Positions 34,023 through 42,843 of a stretch of 64,000 bases of DNA are shown piece after piece. Each line of letters starts with the position of its first letter. Position 1 is the stretch's first letter. Source of the DNA: Polyangiales bacterium (GTDB taxonomy: Bacteria; Myxococcota_A; Polyangia; Polyangiales; Ga0077539); assembly GCA_046351535.1 (NCBI GenBank), contig JAXLYG010000005.1, positions 357,334 through 421,333 of the forward strand, written 5' to 3'. A model generated the notes under the pieces. It was given only the letters and a program-made list of their open reading frames with translations. It did not search any database and was not told where the DNA came from. A program made the translations under genes and the position numbers.

Positions 34023-34423
34023 CGGGGCTGCTCCGTGATGTGTGCGATGGCTTCGATCTCGACCTTCGCCTCGCGCTCGACGAGGCCCGTCACGCCCACC
34101 AGCGCCATCGCCGGAAAGTGCTTGCCGAGCCGCGCGCGCCACGCCGCGCCGACGCCGCGGAGGTTCGAACGGTAGGCGTCGAGATCCGTGACATAGACCG
34201 TCATCTTCACGACGTCGGAGGCGGCGCCGCCCGCGGCCTCGACGATCGTCACGACGTTGGCGAGCGCCTGGTCGAACTGCGCGACGAAGTCGTCGGAGAC
34301 GAAGCGCTGCGACGCGTCCCAGCCGATCTGACCGGCGACGTAGACCGTGCGGCCGCCTTCGCAGACGACGCCGTTCGCATAGCCCTTCGCGGGCGCCCAC
34401 CCCTCGGGTTGAACCGTCTTCAC
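34019..34423 (-). CDS. RidA/YjgF-family reactive intermediate deaminase
   Basis: RidA-like pattern [20 protein letters not shown]...VYVAGQIG...[13 protein letters not shown] start overlaps the SDR stop. Confidence 0.7.
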   Translation of the reverse strand: MKTVQPEGWAPAKGYANGVVCEGGRTVYVAGQIGWDASQRFVSDDFVAQFDQALANVVTIVEAAGGAASDVVKMTVYVTDLDAYRSNLRGVGAAWRARLGKHFPAMALVGVTGLVEREAKVEIEAIAHITEQPR

Positions 34424-35217
34424 GCCGTCTGTCCTCCGTCGATCGCGATGCACTGACCGTGGATGCCCCGCGCCTCATGCGGCAGGAGCGACCACACCGC
34501 GTGGGCGACCTCGTCGGCGGTCATCAGCCGCCGCTGCGGCGAGAGCGCTTCGAGGGCGGCGCGGGCGTCGTCGGCGCTGCGCTTCGTCGTGGCCGAGATG
34601 CGCTCGACGGAGCGCGCGGCCATGTCGGTGTCGACGAAGCCCGGGCACACGGCGTTGATCGTGACGCCCGAGCGCGCGTACTCGACGGCGAGCGAGCGCG
34701 TGAGGCCCACGAGGGCGTGCTTGCTCGCGCAGTACGCGGCCGTGTAGGCGTAGCCGCGGAGGCCGGCGTTGGAGGCGACGTTGACCACGCGGCCCCAGCG
34801 GCGCTTCGCCATCGCGGGGATGAGCCTGCGCGAGAGGCGAAAGGGGGCCGTGACGTTGAGGGCCATGGCGCGCTCCCACGCGGCGTCGTCGGTGCGCTCG
34901 AAGGGGAGCGACTCGGCGAGGCCCGCGTTGTTGACGAGCACCTCGATGGGGCCGAGCGAGTTCTCGACGAGGGAGACGGCGGCTTCGAGGGCGCTCGCGT
35001 CGGTCACGTCGCACTGCGCGGCGAATCCATCGAGCTCCTTCGCGACGCGCGTGAGCTCGTCGAGGGAGCGACCCATGACCGCGACGCGCAGGCCCTCGCG
35101 CGCGAGGCGCCGTGCCACCGCCTCGCCGATGCCTCGCCCGCCGCCGGTGACCAGCGCGACCCTACCGTGAAGGCTCTCCACGCGGGTCGTGTACACGCAG
35201 CGCGCGCGCTCCCGCAA
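34420..35217 (-). CDS. Short-chain dehydrogenase/reductase (3-hydroxyacyl-CoA dehydrogenase-like)
   Basis: VALVTGGGRGIGEAVA Rossmann motif. NNAG. Catalytic YTAAYCASK (YxxxK). Confidence 0.8.
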   Translation of the reverse strand: MRERARCVYTTRVESLHGRVALVTGGGRGIGEAVARRLAREGLRVAVMGRSLDELTRVAKELDGFAAQCDVTDASALEAAVSLVENSLGPIEVLVNNAGLAESLPFERTDDAAWERAMALNVTAPFRLSRRLIPAMAKRRWGRVVNVASNAGLRGYAYTAAYCASKHALVGLTRSLAVEYARSGVTINAVCPGFVDTDMAARSVERISATTKRSADDARAALEALSPQRRLMTADEVAHAVWSLLPHEARGIHGQCIAIDGGQTA

Positions 35218-35308
35218 GGGGATGCCGCGCCGTCGTTCGGGGCCGCGGGCGAGAATTCGCCGTCAGGGGGCGGCGGTGATTGGTGGTAGGGTCGCGGCCG
35301 AGGCCTCG

Positions 35309-36202
35309 ATGCGATACCGGGTCACCTACGCGCGCCGCGACGATCTGCGCAAGGACCTCGAAGCGCAGCTCTCGCGCGGCGGGATCTTCGTGAACGTCCC
35401 TCCGCCCGACGACCTGTCCTACGGCGTGCGGCACCGCCTCGACCTCGTGGCCCCCGACGGGACGGTGGCCAAGAGCGACGGCGAGGTGCTCGCCGCGGTG
35501 CCGGGGGTGGGCATCGCGCTGTCGGTTCCGCCCGAGGCCGTCGCGATGCTTCGGGCCGCGCTCGATCGGCTCACCTTCGACAAGGGAGACGGCGCTCCGC
35601 CGCGTCACGAGCGTATCGATGACGCCGCGCGCCTGACGCCTCCCTCGGTGGCGCCGGTGTCTGCTTCGAAGCCCACGACCGCGACGGGATCGAGCTCGCC
35701 CGCGCAGCCCGCGACCCCGCAGCCCGCGACCCCGCAGCCTGCGACCGCGCAGCCCGCGACCGCGCAGCCCGCGACCGCGCAGCCCGCGACGCGTGTGCAG
35801 CCGACGGCCGACGCGCAGTCGTGGGACTCGCTCTCGCCCGCGGACAAGATGCGCCTCGCGCAGCACGGGGACCGCGACGAGCGCGGCGCCGCGCTGAGAG
35901 ACAAGAACCGCACGCTGCACCCGCACGTGCTGAAGAACCCTCGCATCACCATCGAGGAGGTTGTGGCAATCGCGCGCAATCCGCAGAGCGCGCCGGACCT
36001 CCTCAAGCTCGTCGCCGAGCGCTCGGAGTGGATGGGGCGCTCGCAGATCGCCGAGGCGCTGGCGAGAAACCCCAAGTCACCGAACGACGTGGGGATCCGC
36101 GCGCTCGCGGGGTGCTCCGCGGAGGCGCTGAGGCAGATGGCCAAGGGTACGGGCGCGCCACCGCATGTCATCCAGGCCGCACGCAAGCGCGTTCTCGGCT
36201 AG
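35309..36202 (+). CDS. Hypothetical protein with PilZ-like N-terminal domain, Pro-rich PATPQ repeat linker and helical C-terminal domain
   Basis: N-terminal MRYRVTYARRDDLRKDLEAQLSRGGIFVNVPPPDDLSYG resembles myxobacterial PilZ-type domains. Six 15-bp tandem repeats encode PATPQ/PATAQ. Confidence 0.45.
   Translation: MRYRVTYARRDDLRKDLEAQLSRGGIFVNVPPPDDLSYGVRHRLDLVAPDGTVAKSDGEVLAAVPGVGIALSVPPEAVAMLRAALDRLTFDKGDGAPPRHERIDDAARLTPPSVAPVSASKPTTATGSSSPAQPATPQPATPQPATAQPATAQPATAQPATRVQPTADAQSWDSLSPADKMRLAQHGDRDERGAALRDKNRTLHPHVLKNPRITIEEVVAIARNPQSAPDLLKLVAERSEWMGRSQIAEALARNPKSPNDVGIRALAGCSAEALRQMAKGTGAPPHVIQAARKRVLG
35701..35790 (+). repeat. 15-bp tandem repeat x6 (cagcccgcgaccccg variants) inside the CDS, encoding a (PATxQ)n linker
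   Basis: Direct inspection of the sequence. Confidence 0.7.
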
Positions 36203-36366
36203 ACGCGGAGCGCGTGTCGCGCTGAAAAGAAAGGTGTTTCACGCGAGCGCTCGCGCGCTCGAAACCTTGTTCTTCGACCGAAGTTCGGAGAGAGTCGTGG
36301 TCATCAAGATCCAAGGCTCGCCCACCGCGATCGTCGCGGGCTCACGCGGCGTGCCTCGCAAGGTCG

Positions 36367-37629
36367 ATGAGTCCGAAGAAGAAGAAACCATCGCGCGCGA
36401 CGCGGTCACCGTCGACACCTGCGCGTCCCGCCCCTGAGGCTCCGGTCGCCCCTCCGACCTCTCGGAGTTTCGGGTTCGTGGTGCTCTTCGCGCTCCTCGC
36501 GGCGGTCTATTTTCTGGGTCGCGCGCGGGCTCCCGAGAGCCGCCGCGCGCCGCGCCTCGACACGTCGCCCAACCGACCTTCGGTGCACATCTCCGAGGGC
36601 GCCGCGACGCCGGGCGCGCTCGTCGAGCGGGTCATCCCGCTGCCGCTCCCGGCGGGCGCGTTCACCGCCGAGGACTGCCTCCGCGACGTCGAGGCGTGGC
36701 GATTCGCGGGGCGCGACCTCGACGGCGTCGACGCCTTTCTGCGATGGGCCGGCGTGTCGTCGCAGCAGGTGGCGCGCGTGCGCGCGGTGGCCCGTTGCGA
36801 GGCCGACGGCTGCACCGTGGTGCCCGACATCGAGCTGCTCGGATCGCTGAGCCGCGAGGCGCGCGGCGCGGTCTACCGCGAGCTCGCGAAGTACTCGGAG
36901 AACCGGCTCCAGATGTTCCCCGCGTACCGGCCCGTGGAGCTCGGGGCGTGGGGGGCGATCGCGAGCGTGAGCCCGCGGGTGAGGGCGCTCCTCGACGCGG
37001 GCACCTGGATCGACGGCGACCACTACGCCTTCTCCGACCTCCCGTGGGTGTGCTCCGCGGTGTCGACCGACGCCGAGCGCGTCGAGGCGCTCACCACCCT
37101 CCGCACGCGCTACGGCATCGACGCCTCGGTGCGCGTGCCCGACGGCGACATCGAGCCGCTCGTGCGCTACTGGTCGACGGGGAGCGACCCCGACGAGATC
37201 CGCCGCACGCTCCTCGACGCGCGCCGCCGCGACGGACTCGCGCCCGTGGCGGACCTCCTGCCCGCGATGGCGCGCGCCCGCATCAACCGCTACCCCCGCG
37301 CCACGGACCCCGAGTACGACTGCTTCTGGAGCGCGATGAACTTCTTCGAGGGCCCCACGCCGTCGAGCCAGCCCGTCGTGCCGCAGAGCGTGGCGCCGCT
37401 GCTCCGAGACGCCTACGTCGAAGTCCCCGCGGAGTCCGCGCGCCTCGGCGACGTGGTGGCCTTCCGCGCGGTCGACGGGCGCGTCGCCCACGCGTGCAAC
37501 TTCATCGCGCGCGAGCTGCATTTCTCCAAGAACGGACGCACCCACCGCCGTCCCTGGTCGATCGTCACCGAGGCGGACCTCGCGCGCGAGTACCCCCACA
37601 CCACGCGCCACGTCTATCGCCTGCGCTGA
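36367..37629 (+). CDS. Membrane-anchored protein with C-terminal NlpC/P60-like (papain-fold) cysteine peptidase/amidase domain
   Basis: Single N-terminal TM (FGFVVLFALLAAVYFLG). C-terminal YDCFWSAMNFF (Cys nucleophile context like YDCSGLV) and GDVVAFRAVDGRVAHACNFIARELHFS (compare NlpC/P60 GDLVFF...HVGIYIG...IHAS). Confidence 0.5.
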   Translation: MSPKKKKPSRATRSPSTPARPAPEAPVAPPTSRSFGFVVLFALLAAVYFLGRARAPESRRAPRLDTSPNRPSVHISEGAATPGALVERVIPLPLPAGAFTAEDCLRDVEAWRFAGRDLDGVDAFLRWAGVSSQQVARVRAVARCEADGCTVVPDIELLGSLSREARGAVYRELAKYSENRLQMFPAYRPVELGAWGAIASVSPRVRALLDAGTWIDGDHYAFSDLPWVCSAVSTDAERVEALTTLRTRYGIDASVRVPDGDIEPLVRYWSTGSDPDEIRRTLLDARRRDGLAPVADLLPAMARARINRYPRATDPEYDCFWSAMNFFEGPTPSSQPVVPQSVAPLLRDAYVEVPAESARLGDVVAFRAVDGRVAHACNFIARELHFSKNGRTHRRPWSIVTEADLAREYPHTTRHVYRLR

Positions 37630-37727
37630 CCTCCGCGCCGCGCGCGTGCCGATGGGGGTTGAAAGCACGGCGGACCTCGCGGTACCCGAAGAGGTGTCTA
37701 CGCGACCACGCGCCGCACAGGGAGCCG

Positions 37728-38591
37728 ATGAGCCCGTTCAAAACGTTGAGCCAGGACTTCGAGGCGTTTCGCAAGGGACTCGAGGCGACCGAGGCCCCGC
37801 CTGAGGGGATCCTTCAGCGTCAACGCGTCCGCGAGCACCTCGCGAGCGCGTGGCAGCCCGCCCAGGAGTCGGTGATCGGCTCGTACCGCCGCGGGACGAA
37901 CCTCCGCCCCACGCGCGAGCTCGACTACCTCTTCGTGCTCGGGGCGCGGCACCAGCCGTACCTCACGGCGGACCCGGCGAAGGTGCTCGACGACGTGGCC
38001 GCGCGCGTCGGGGTCACCTGGTATCAGGCCCGGACGCGCAAGGCGCCGCACGGCCTCGCGGTGACCTTCCACGACATGACCGTGGTGCTGATCCCGGCGT
38101 TTCCGAAGCACGGCGGCGGGGTGTTCATCCCCGACACGGAGCTCCGTCGCTGGCTGCCGACGGACCCCGACGCCCACGCGCGCGTCGTGGCCGAGGCGAA
38201 CAAGCGGACCCACAACCTCGCCGCCGCGGTGGTGCGCGCGCTCAAGTGCTGGCGCCGCGCGCGGCAGGTGCCCGTGCGGTCGTTTCACCTCGAGACCATG
38301 GCCCTGCGCGCGCTCACGGCGGCGCCCGACGACCTGCTCGCGGGCTGCATCGCGGCGCTCGACGGCGTCGCCGCGGCGGTGAAGGTGCGCTGCGCGCCGC
38401 CGTGCCCCGTCGGCGACGACGTGGACATGTACCTCGCGCTCGACCCGGCCCGCCGCGCCGCCATCGCGACCGCCGCGGGCGACGCCGCCGACGCGCTGCG
38501 TGACGCCGCCGCGCACGACGCGGAGCGCTCGAACGAGGCCGCGTGCGCCGCGGCGCGTGCGGTGTTCGGAGCGCCCTTTCCCGAGGGTTGA
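37728..38591 (+). CDS. cGAS/DncV-like (SMODS-type) nucleotidyltransferase, Pol-beta superfamily
   Basis: GSYRRGTNLRPTRELDYLFVL matches the GS...[DE]h[DE] NTase core (compare CD-NTase GSYARGT...SDIDLLV). Putative third acidic strand VTFHDMTVVLIPAF resembles OAS/cGAS FDVLPAF. GGGAG RBS upstream. About 288 aa. Confidence 0.5.
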   Translation: MSPFKTLSQDFEAFRKGLEATEAPPEGILQRQRVREHLASAWQPAQESVIGSYRRGTNLRPTRELDYLFVLGARHQPYLTADPAKVLDDVAARVGVTWYQARTRKAPHGLAVTFHDMTVVLIPAFPKHGGGVFIPDTELRRWLPTDPDAHARVVAEANKRTHNLAAAVVRALKCWRRARQVPVRSFHLETMALRALTAAPDDLLAGCIAALDGVAAAVKVRCAPPCPVGDDVDMYLALDPARRAAIATAAGDAADALRDAAAHDAERSNEAACAAARAVFGAPFPEG

Positions 38592-38600
38592 GCGAAGGCG

Positions 38601-39659
38601 TTGTCAATCGCCCCGGGGGCGTCGTATAGCGCCGCCGCGATGAGCCAGACCGACACCCAGGGACCGTCCGCGGAGCTCCCTCGCGAGCTCCTCGTGCGCA
38701 TGCACGAACTGATGCTCAAGGGCCGCGTGCTCGAGGAGCGCCTCATCACGATGTGGCGCCAGGGCGACGGCTACTTCTGGATCGGCGGTCCGGGCGAGGA
38801 GGCGTTCAACGTTCCCCTCGGGTTGCAGGTCGACAAGGGCCGCGGGCTCGACCACGATTTTCTGCACCTGCACTACCGCTCGAGCGCGACGCTCCTCGCG
38901 ATGGGGGCCGACCCCGTCGACTCGCTGCGGCAGATGAAGAACACCGCGACGGACCCCTACTCGGGCGGTCGCAACTTCGTCGGGCACTACTCCTGGCGCG
39001 CGATGAACGTGGTCCCCGTGTCGTCGCCCATCGAGGTGCAGTTCTCGATGGCGCCCGGCACCGCGATGGCCCAGAAGCGCCACGGCGGCAGGGCCATCAC
39101 CATCGTGCAGGGCGGCGACGCGGGCACCGCCGAGGCCGACTTCTACGCCGGACTCCTCTGGAGCTCGCGCAAGGGCCACGAGCTCCCCGTGCTGCTCATC
39201 GTGACCAACAACCAGTGGGGCATCTCGACGGCCTACGACGGGCAGCACCCGGCCACGACGCGCATCGCCGACCTGGGCCGCGCCTTCGGGATGCCCTCCG
39301 AGGTGGTCGACGGCAACGACCCCGAGGTCGCCTGGCACGCCATCGCGAAGGCCATGGAGTACGTGCGCACCGAGCGGAAGCCCTACCTCATCGAGGCGAT
39401 GGTGTCGCGCCTTCGCGGGCACTCGTCGGCCACGGGCGCGGCCTTCATCAAGAGCGAGACCGACTGCCTGGCGCGCTTCGAAGAGCGCCTCGAGGCGCGG
39501 GGCTACCTCACGCGGGCGCACATGGACGAGATGCGCGCGCGCTTCACCGCGGAGCTGCTCGAGGCTTCGAAGCGCGTGATCGCCGAGGCCCAGCCCGACC
39601 CGTCGACCATCTGGAACAACGTGTTCGCGACGAGGAACCTCGTCGGAGAGGGCCGCTGA
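38601..39659 (+). CDS. Thiamine-diphosphate-dependent 2-oxoacid (pyruvate/acetoin) dehydrogenase E1 alpha subunit
   Basis: TPP-binding region GDAGTAEADFYAGLLWSSRKGHELPVLLIVTNNQWGIS. The ORF-track start is TTG at 38601; an ATG at 38640 (MSQTDT) is an alternative start. Confidence 0.85.
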   Translation: MSIAPGASYSAAAMSQTDTQGPSAELPRELLVRMHELMLKGRVLEERLITMWRQGDGYFWIGGPGEEAFNVPLGLQVDKGRGLDHDFLHLHYRSSATLLAMGADPVDSLRQMKNTATDPYSGGRNFVGHYSWRAMNVVPVSSPIEVQFSMAPGTAMAQKRHGGRAITIVQGGDAGTAEADFYAGLLWSSRKGHELPVLLIVTNNQWGISTAYDGQHPATTRIADLGRAFGMPSEVVDGNDPEVAWHAIAKAMEYVRTERKPYLIEAMVSRLRGHSSATGAAFIKSETDCLARFEERLEARGYLTRAHMDEMRARFTAELLEASKRVIAEAQPDPSTIWNNVFATRNLVGEGR

Positions 39660-39660
39660 C

Positions 39661-40722
39661 ATGACCACCATCGCGCAGGCGATCAGGCTCGCGCTCCACG
39701 TCGGTGAGGAGCGTCACGGCGTCACGGACATCTTCGGCGAGGACGTGGGCGCGCCCCTCGGCGGCGTCTTCACCTGCACGCAGGGCCTCCGCACGGCGTG
39801 GAACTCGCCGCTCGACGAGCGCGGGATCGTGGGCGCCGCGATCGGCCTCGCGCTCGCGGGGCAGAAGCCCGTGTGCGAGGTGCAGTTCAGCGACTACTCC
39901 TACAACACCATCGAACTCCTCAAGCTCGCGGGCGGAATGCACTGGTCGTCGAACGGCGACTGGAACTGCCCCATGGTGCTCATGACCCCCACGGGCGCGG
40001 GCATTCGCGGGAGCCTCTACCACTCGCACAGCTTCGACGCGACGGCGACGCACCTGCCGGGCTGGCGCGTGGTGATGCCGTCGAACCCGCGCGACGCGTA
40101 CGGGCTCATGCTCACGGCGATCCGCGAGCCGAACCCCGTGCTCTTTCTCGCGCCCAAGGCGCTCATGCGCTACCGCGGCGAGGAGGGCGAGGACGTTCCG
40201 GGCGTTCCTGATCAGAAGGCGCTCGACGACCTCATCAACAAGCCCGTGACCGGCGAGCAGTCGCAGTGGGCCGCGCGCTGGCCCGAGACGCCCGACCTGT
40301 TCATCCCGTTCGGCGAGGCCCGCACGGTGCGCCGCGGGCGCGACGTGACCGTGGTCACCTACGGCCGCCACGTCATCATCGCGCGCGACGCCTGCGCCGA
40401 GCTCGCGAAGGAGGGCGTCGAGGCCGAGCTCCTCGACCTGCGCTCGCTGGCTCCCTACGACTGGCCCGCGATCGTCGAGAGCGTGAAGCGCACGCACCGC
40501 GTGGTCTTCGTGAACGAGGAGCTCGACGTGACCAACTTCGGCGAGCACCTCATCCGCCGCGTGGTGACCGAGCTCTTCTACGAGCTCTACGCGCCGCCGC
40601 GTCTCGTGGCGGGCGCGATGGTCCCGGGCATCGGCCTGTCGGACAACCTCGAGCGCGCGAGCGTGCCGCAGCGCGACGACCTCGTGCGCGCGATCCGCGA
40701 GACCGCGAAGCACCAGCCGTAG
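39661..40722 (+). CDS. 2-oxoacid dehydrogenase E1 beta subunit (transketolase-like)
   Basis: Pyrimidine-binding domain motifs (DIFGEDVG...GVFTCTQGL) and C-terminal transketolase domain. Starts 2 nt after the E1 alpha stop. Confidence 0.9.
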   Translation: MTTIAQAIRLALHVGEERHGVTDIFGEDVGAPLGGVFTCTQGLRTAWNSPLDERGIVGAAIGLALAGQKPVCEVQFSDYSYNTIELLKLAGGMHWSSNGDWNCPMVLMTPTGAGIRGSLYHSHSFDATATHLPGWRVVMPSNPRDAYGLMLTAIREPNPVLFLAPKALMRYRGEEGEDVPGVPDQKALDDLINKPVTGEQSQWAARWPETPDLFIPFGEARTVRRGRDVTVVTYGRHVIIARDACAELAKEGVEAELLDLRSLAPYDWPAIVESVKRTHRVVFVNEELDVTNFGEHLIRRVVTELFYELYAPPRLVAGAMVPGIGLSDNLERASVPQRDDLVRAIRETAKHQP

Positions 40723-40727
40723 CGCGC

Positions 40728-40815
40728 TTTCATCGGGGCCGGTGAACGCCATCATCGGGCCCGGTGAACGCCATCATCGGCCCCGGTGAACGCCATCATC
40801 GGGCGTCGGTGAACC
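40728..40815. repeat. Four tandem copies of a 22-bp unit (catcatcgggcccggtgaacgc) between convergent genes
   Basis: Direct inspection: ggccggtgaacgccatcatcgggcccggtgaacgccatcatcggccccggtgaacgccatcatcgggcgtcggtgaacc. Confidence 0.7.
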
Positions 40816-40819
40816 GGCG

Positions 40820-41311
40820 CTACTGGTTGCGCACGCGATCGGCGGGGACCCACTCCTCGCGGCCGTCGAGGAAGCGCACGCACACGAGCGCGCCGTCGCG
40901 GGCGAGGGGCGTCGCGGGGTACGACGTCCCGTCGGGCGCGTAGACGCGCACGAGCGTGCTCGGCGGAGGCGCCTGGAACGCGGCCATCTGCTGCTGCTGC
41001 TGCGGACGCGGGAGCGTCGCCATGAAGCGCGCCGTGTGGTCGGTGCCGCCCGTGAGGTTCTGCAAGATCGCGATGGGCGTGAAGATCAGCCCGAAGGGAA
41101 AGCCCCACCACCCGAAGAAGAGCGACAGGAGGAGGTAAGGCGCCGCCGCGCTCATCGCGCTCTCGCCGGGCCGCACGAAGACGATCGCCGAGCGACGGAA
41201 CGTGACCACCAGCACTGAGATGCAGTAGCTGAACTCCACGACGCGGCCGCCGCGCTGGAGCTCGTAGGCGAACTCCTGCGGCGAGAGGTTCTCGGCCCCT
41301 TTGATCTCCAT
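40820..41311 (-). CDS. Hypothetical small membrane protein (two TM segments)
   Basis: ATG start. Hydrophobic stretches LLLSLFFGWWGFPFGLIFTPIAIL. No domain recognised. Confidence 0.4.
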   Translation of the reverse strand: MEIKGAENLSPQEFAYELQRGGRVVEFSYCISVLVVTFRRSAIVFVRPGESAMSAAAPYLLLSLFFGWWGFPFGLIFTPIAILQNLTGGTDHTARFMATLPRPQQQQQMAAFQAPPPSTLVRVYAPDGTSYPATPLARDGALVCVRFLDGREEWVPADRVRNQ

Positions 41312-41377
41312 GCTCAGCCGCTATCATGGCGCCCGACGCGTCGCAACGACGCCCCGACGCGAGGTCCCACAGCATCG

Positions 41378-42831
41378 ATGAGCGCGAGCACCTACGACGA
41401 CCTCCCCTACGAAGACTACTGCTTCGCGCGCACCCACCCCGAGCACCTCTTCGCCGTGTCGGCGCTCTGCGCGCGGAGCGCCCCGCACTTCACCCGCTGC
41501 CGCGTGCTCGAGCTCGGCTGCGCGCGCGGCGCGAACCTCATCCCGATGGCGCTCGACCTGCCCGCGAGCGAGTTCGTCGGCGTCGACCTCTCGGCGCGGC
41601 AGATCGACGAGGGGCGCGCGCGCGTCGACGCCCTCGGCCTCGCGAACATCAAGCTGCGCGAGGGCTCCATCGTCGACGTCGACGAGGCCGACGGGACCTT
41701 CGACTACGTCATCTGTCACGGCGTGTACTCGTGGGTGCCCGCCGACGTGCGCGATGCGATCCTGCGCGTGTGCCGAGCGCGCCTGCGACCCGACGGCGTC
41801 GCCTACGTGAGCTTCAACGCCCTGCCCGGGTGGAACGCCGCGCGGACCGTGCGGGAGTTCCTCGCGATGCACGTTCCTTCAACGGGGAGCGCGTCGCAGC
41901 GGCTCGCGCGCGCGAGGGATGCCCTCGCGGTGCTCGCCGAGGCGGTTCAAAGCGCGAGACCCCGTCGGCCCGCTGGATGCGCGCCGAGCTCACCGCCATC
42001 GCCGCGGCCGACGACAGCTACGTCTTTCACGAGTACCTCGAGGCCGTGAACGACGCGGCCTACCTCACGGACTTCGTCGCCGCCGCGCGCGCGCATCGCC
42101 TCGCGCACCTCGCCGACGCCGACCTCACCGTGGCCGCGCCGGGCCTCCGCCCCACCGAGGGGGACCCCATCGCGCTCGCGCAGGCTGTCGACTTCGCCGT
42201 CGATCGACGCTTCCGCGCGGCGCTGCTCGTTCACGAAGAGACCGCGGCCGAGCGGGCCGACCCCGCGTGCCTCGCGAGGCTCCTGCTCTCGACGCGCGCG
42301 GAGTTCGACGGCGCCGCCGTGAAGCTCGACGGGCGCGCCGTCACGCTGCAAGACCCGTGGCTCACCGCCGCGCTCGTCGCGCTCGTCGAGGCCGAGCGCC
42401 GACCGACCTCGTACTCGACGCTCGTCGCCGTCGCGGGCGCGCGCCTGGGCCTCGACGCGAAGCGCTCGCTCCACCTCGCCGCGTCGCGCTGCGGCGCCGT
42501 GCTTGAGCTCGTGTACGAGGGGCTCTTCGAGATCCACGGGGGCGAGGCCCGCTACGCCTCCGACGCGGGGATCAGACCCGTGGGCTCGCGCCTCGCGCGG
42601 TCTCAGTGCGCCGAGGGCGAGACCGTGACGACGCTGCGGCACACGCGCCTCGACGTGCCCGACTTCGAACGCGCCACGCTCGCGCTCCTCGACGGGACGC
42701 GCGACCGCGGGGCGCTCGTCGACGCGCTCTGGACGCACCCTGAAGGGCAGGGCCTGCACCGCGGCGAGCTCGCGGGGCGCGTCGAAGACGCCCTCGACTG
42801 GCTCGCGCGAAACGCGCTCCTCACGCGCTGA
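41378..42831 (+). pseudogene. Class I SAM methyltransferase with C-terminal methyltransferase-regulatory domain; apparent frameshift near 41948-41966
   Basis: MTase motif I VLELGCARGANL and DYVICHGVYSWVP in frame 2 (41378..42049). The regulatory-domain-like continuation (ARWMRAELTAIAAADDSYVFHEYLE...) is in the frame of ORF 41326..42831. A single +/-1 nt shift joins them. Confidence 0.6.
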
Positions 42832-42843
42832 TCACGGGTTCTT

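Noticed and set aside
37728-38591. Interpreting the NTase as the MNT half of a HEPN-MNT toxin-antitoxin pair
   Set aside because: MNT antitoxins are about 100 aa and are paired with a small HEPN gene. This protein is 288 aa with an extended helical C-terminal domain and has no HEPN neighbour.
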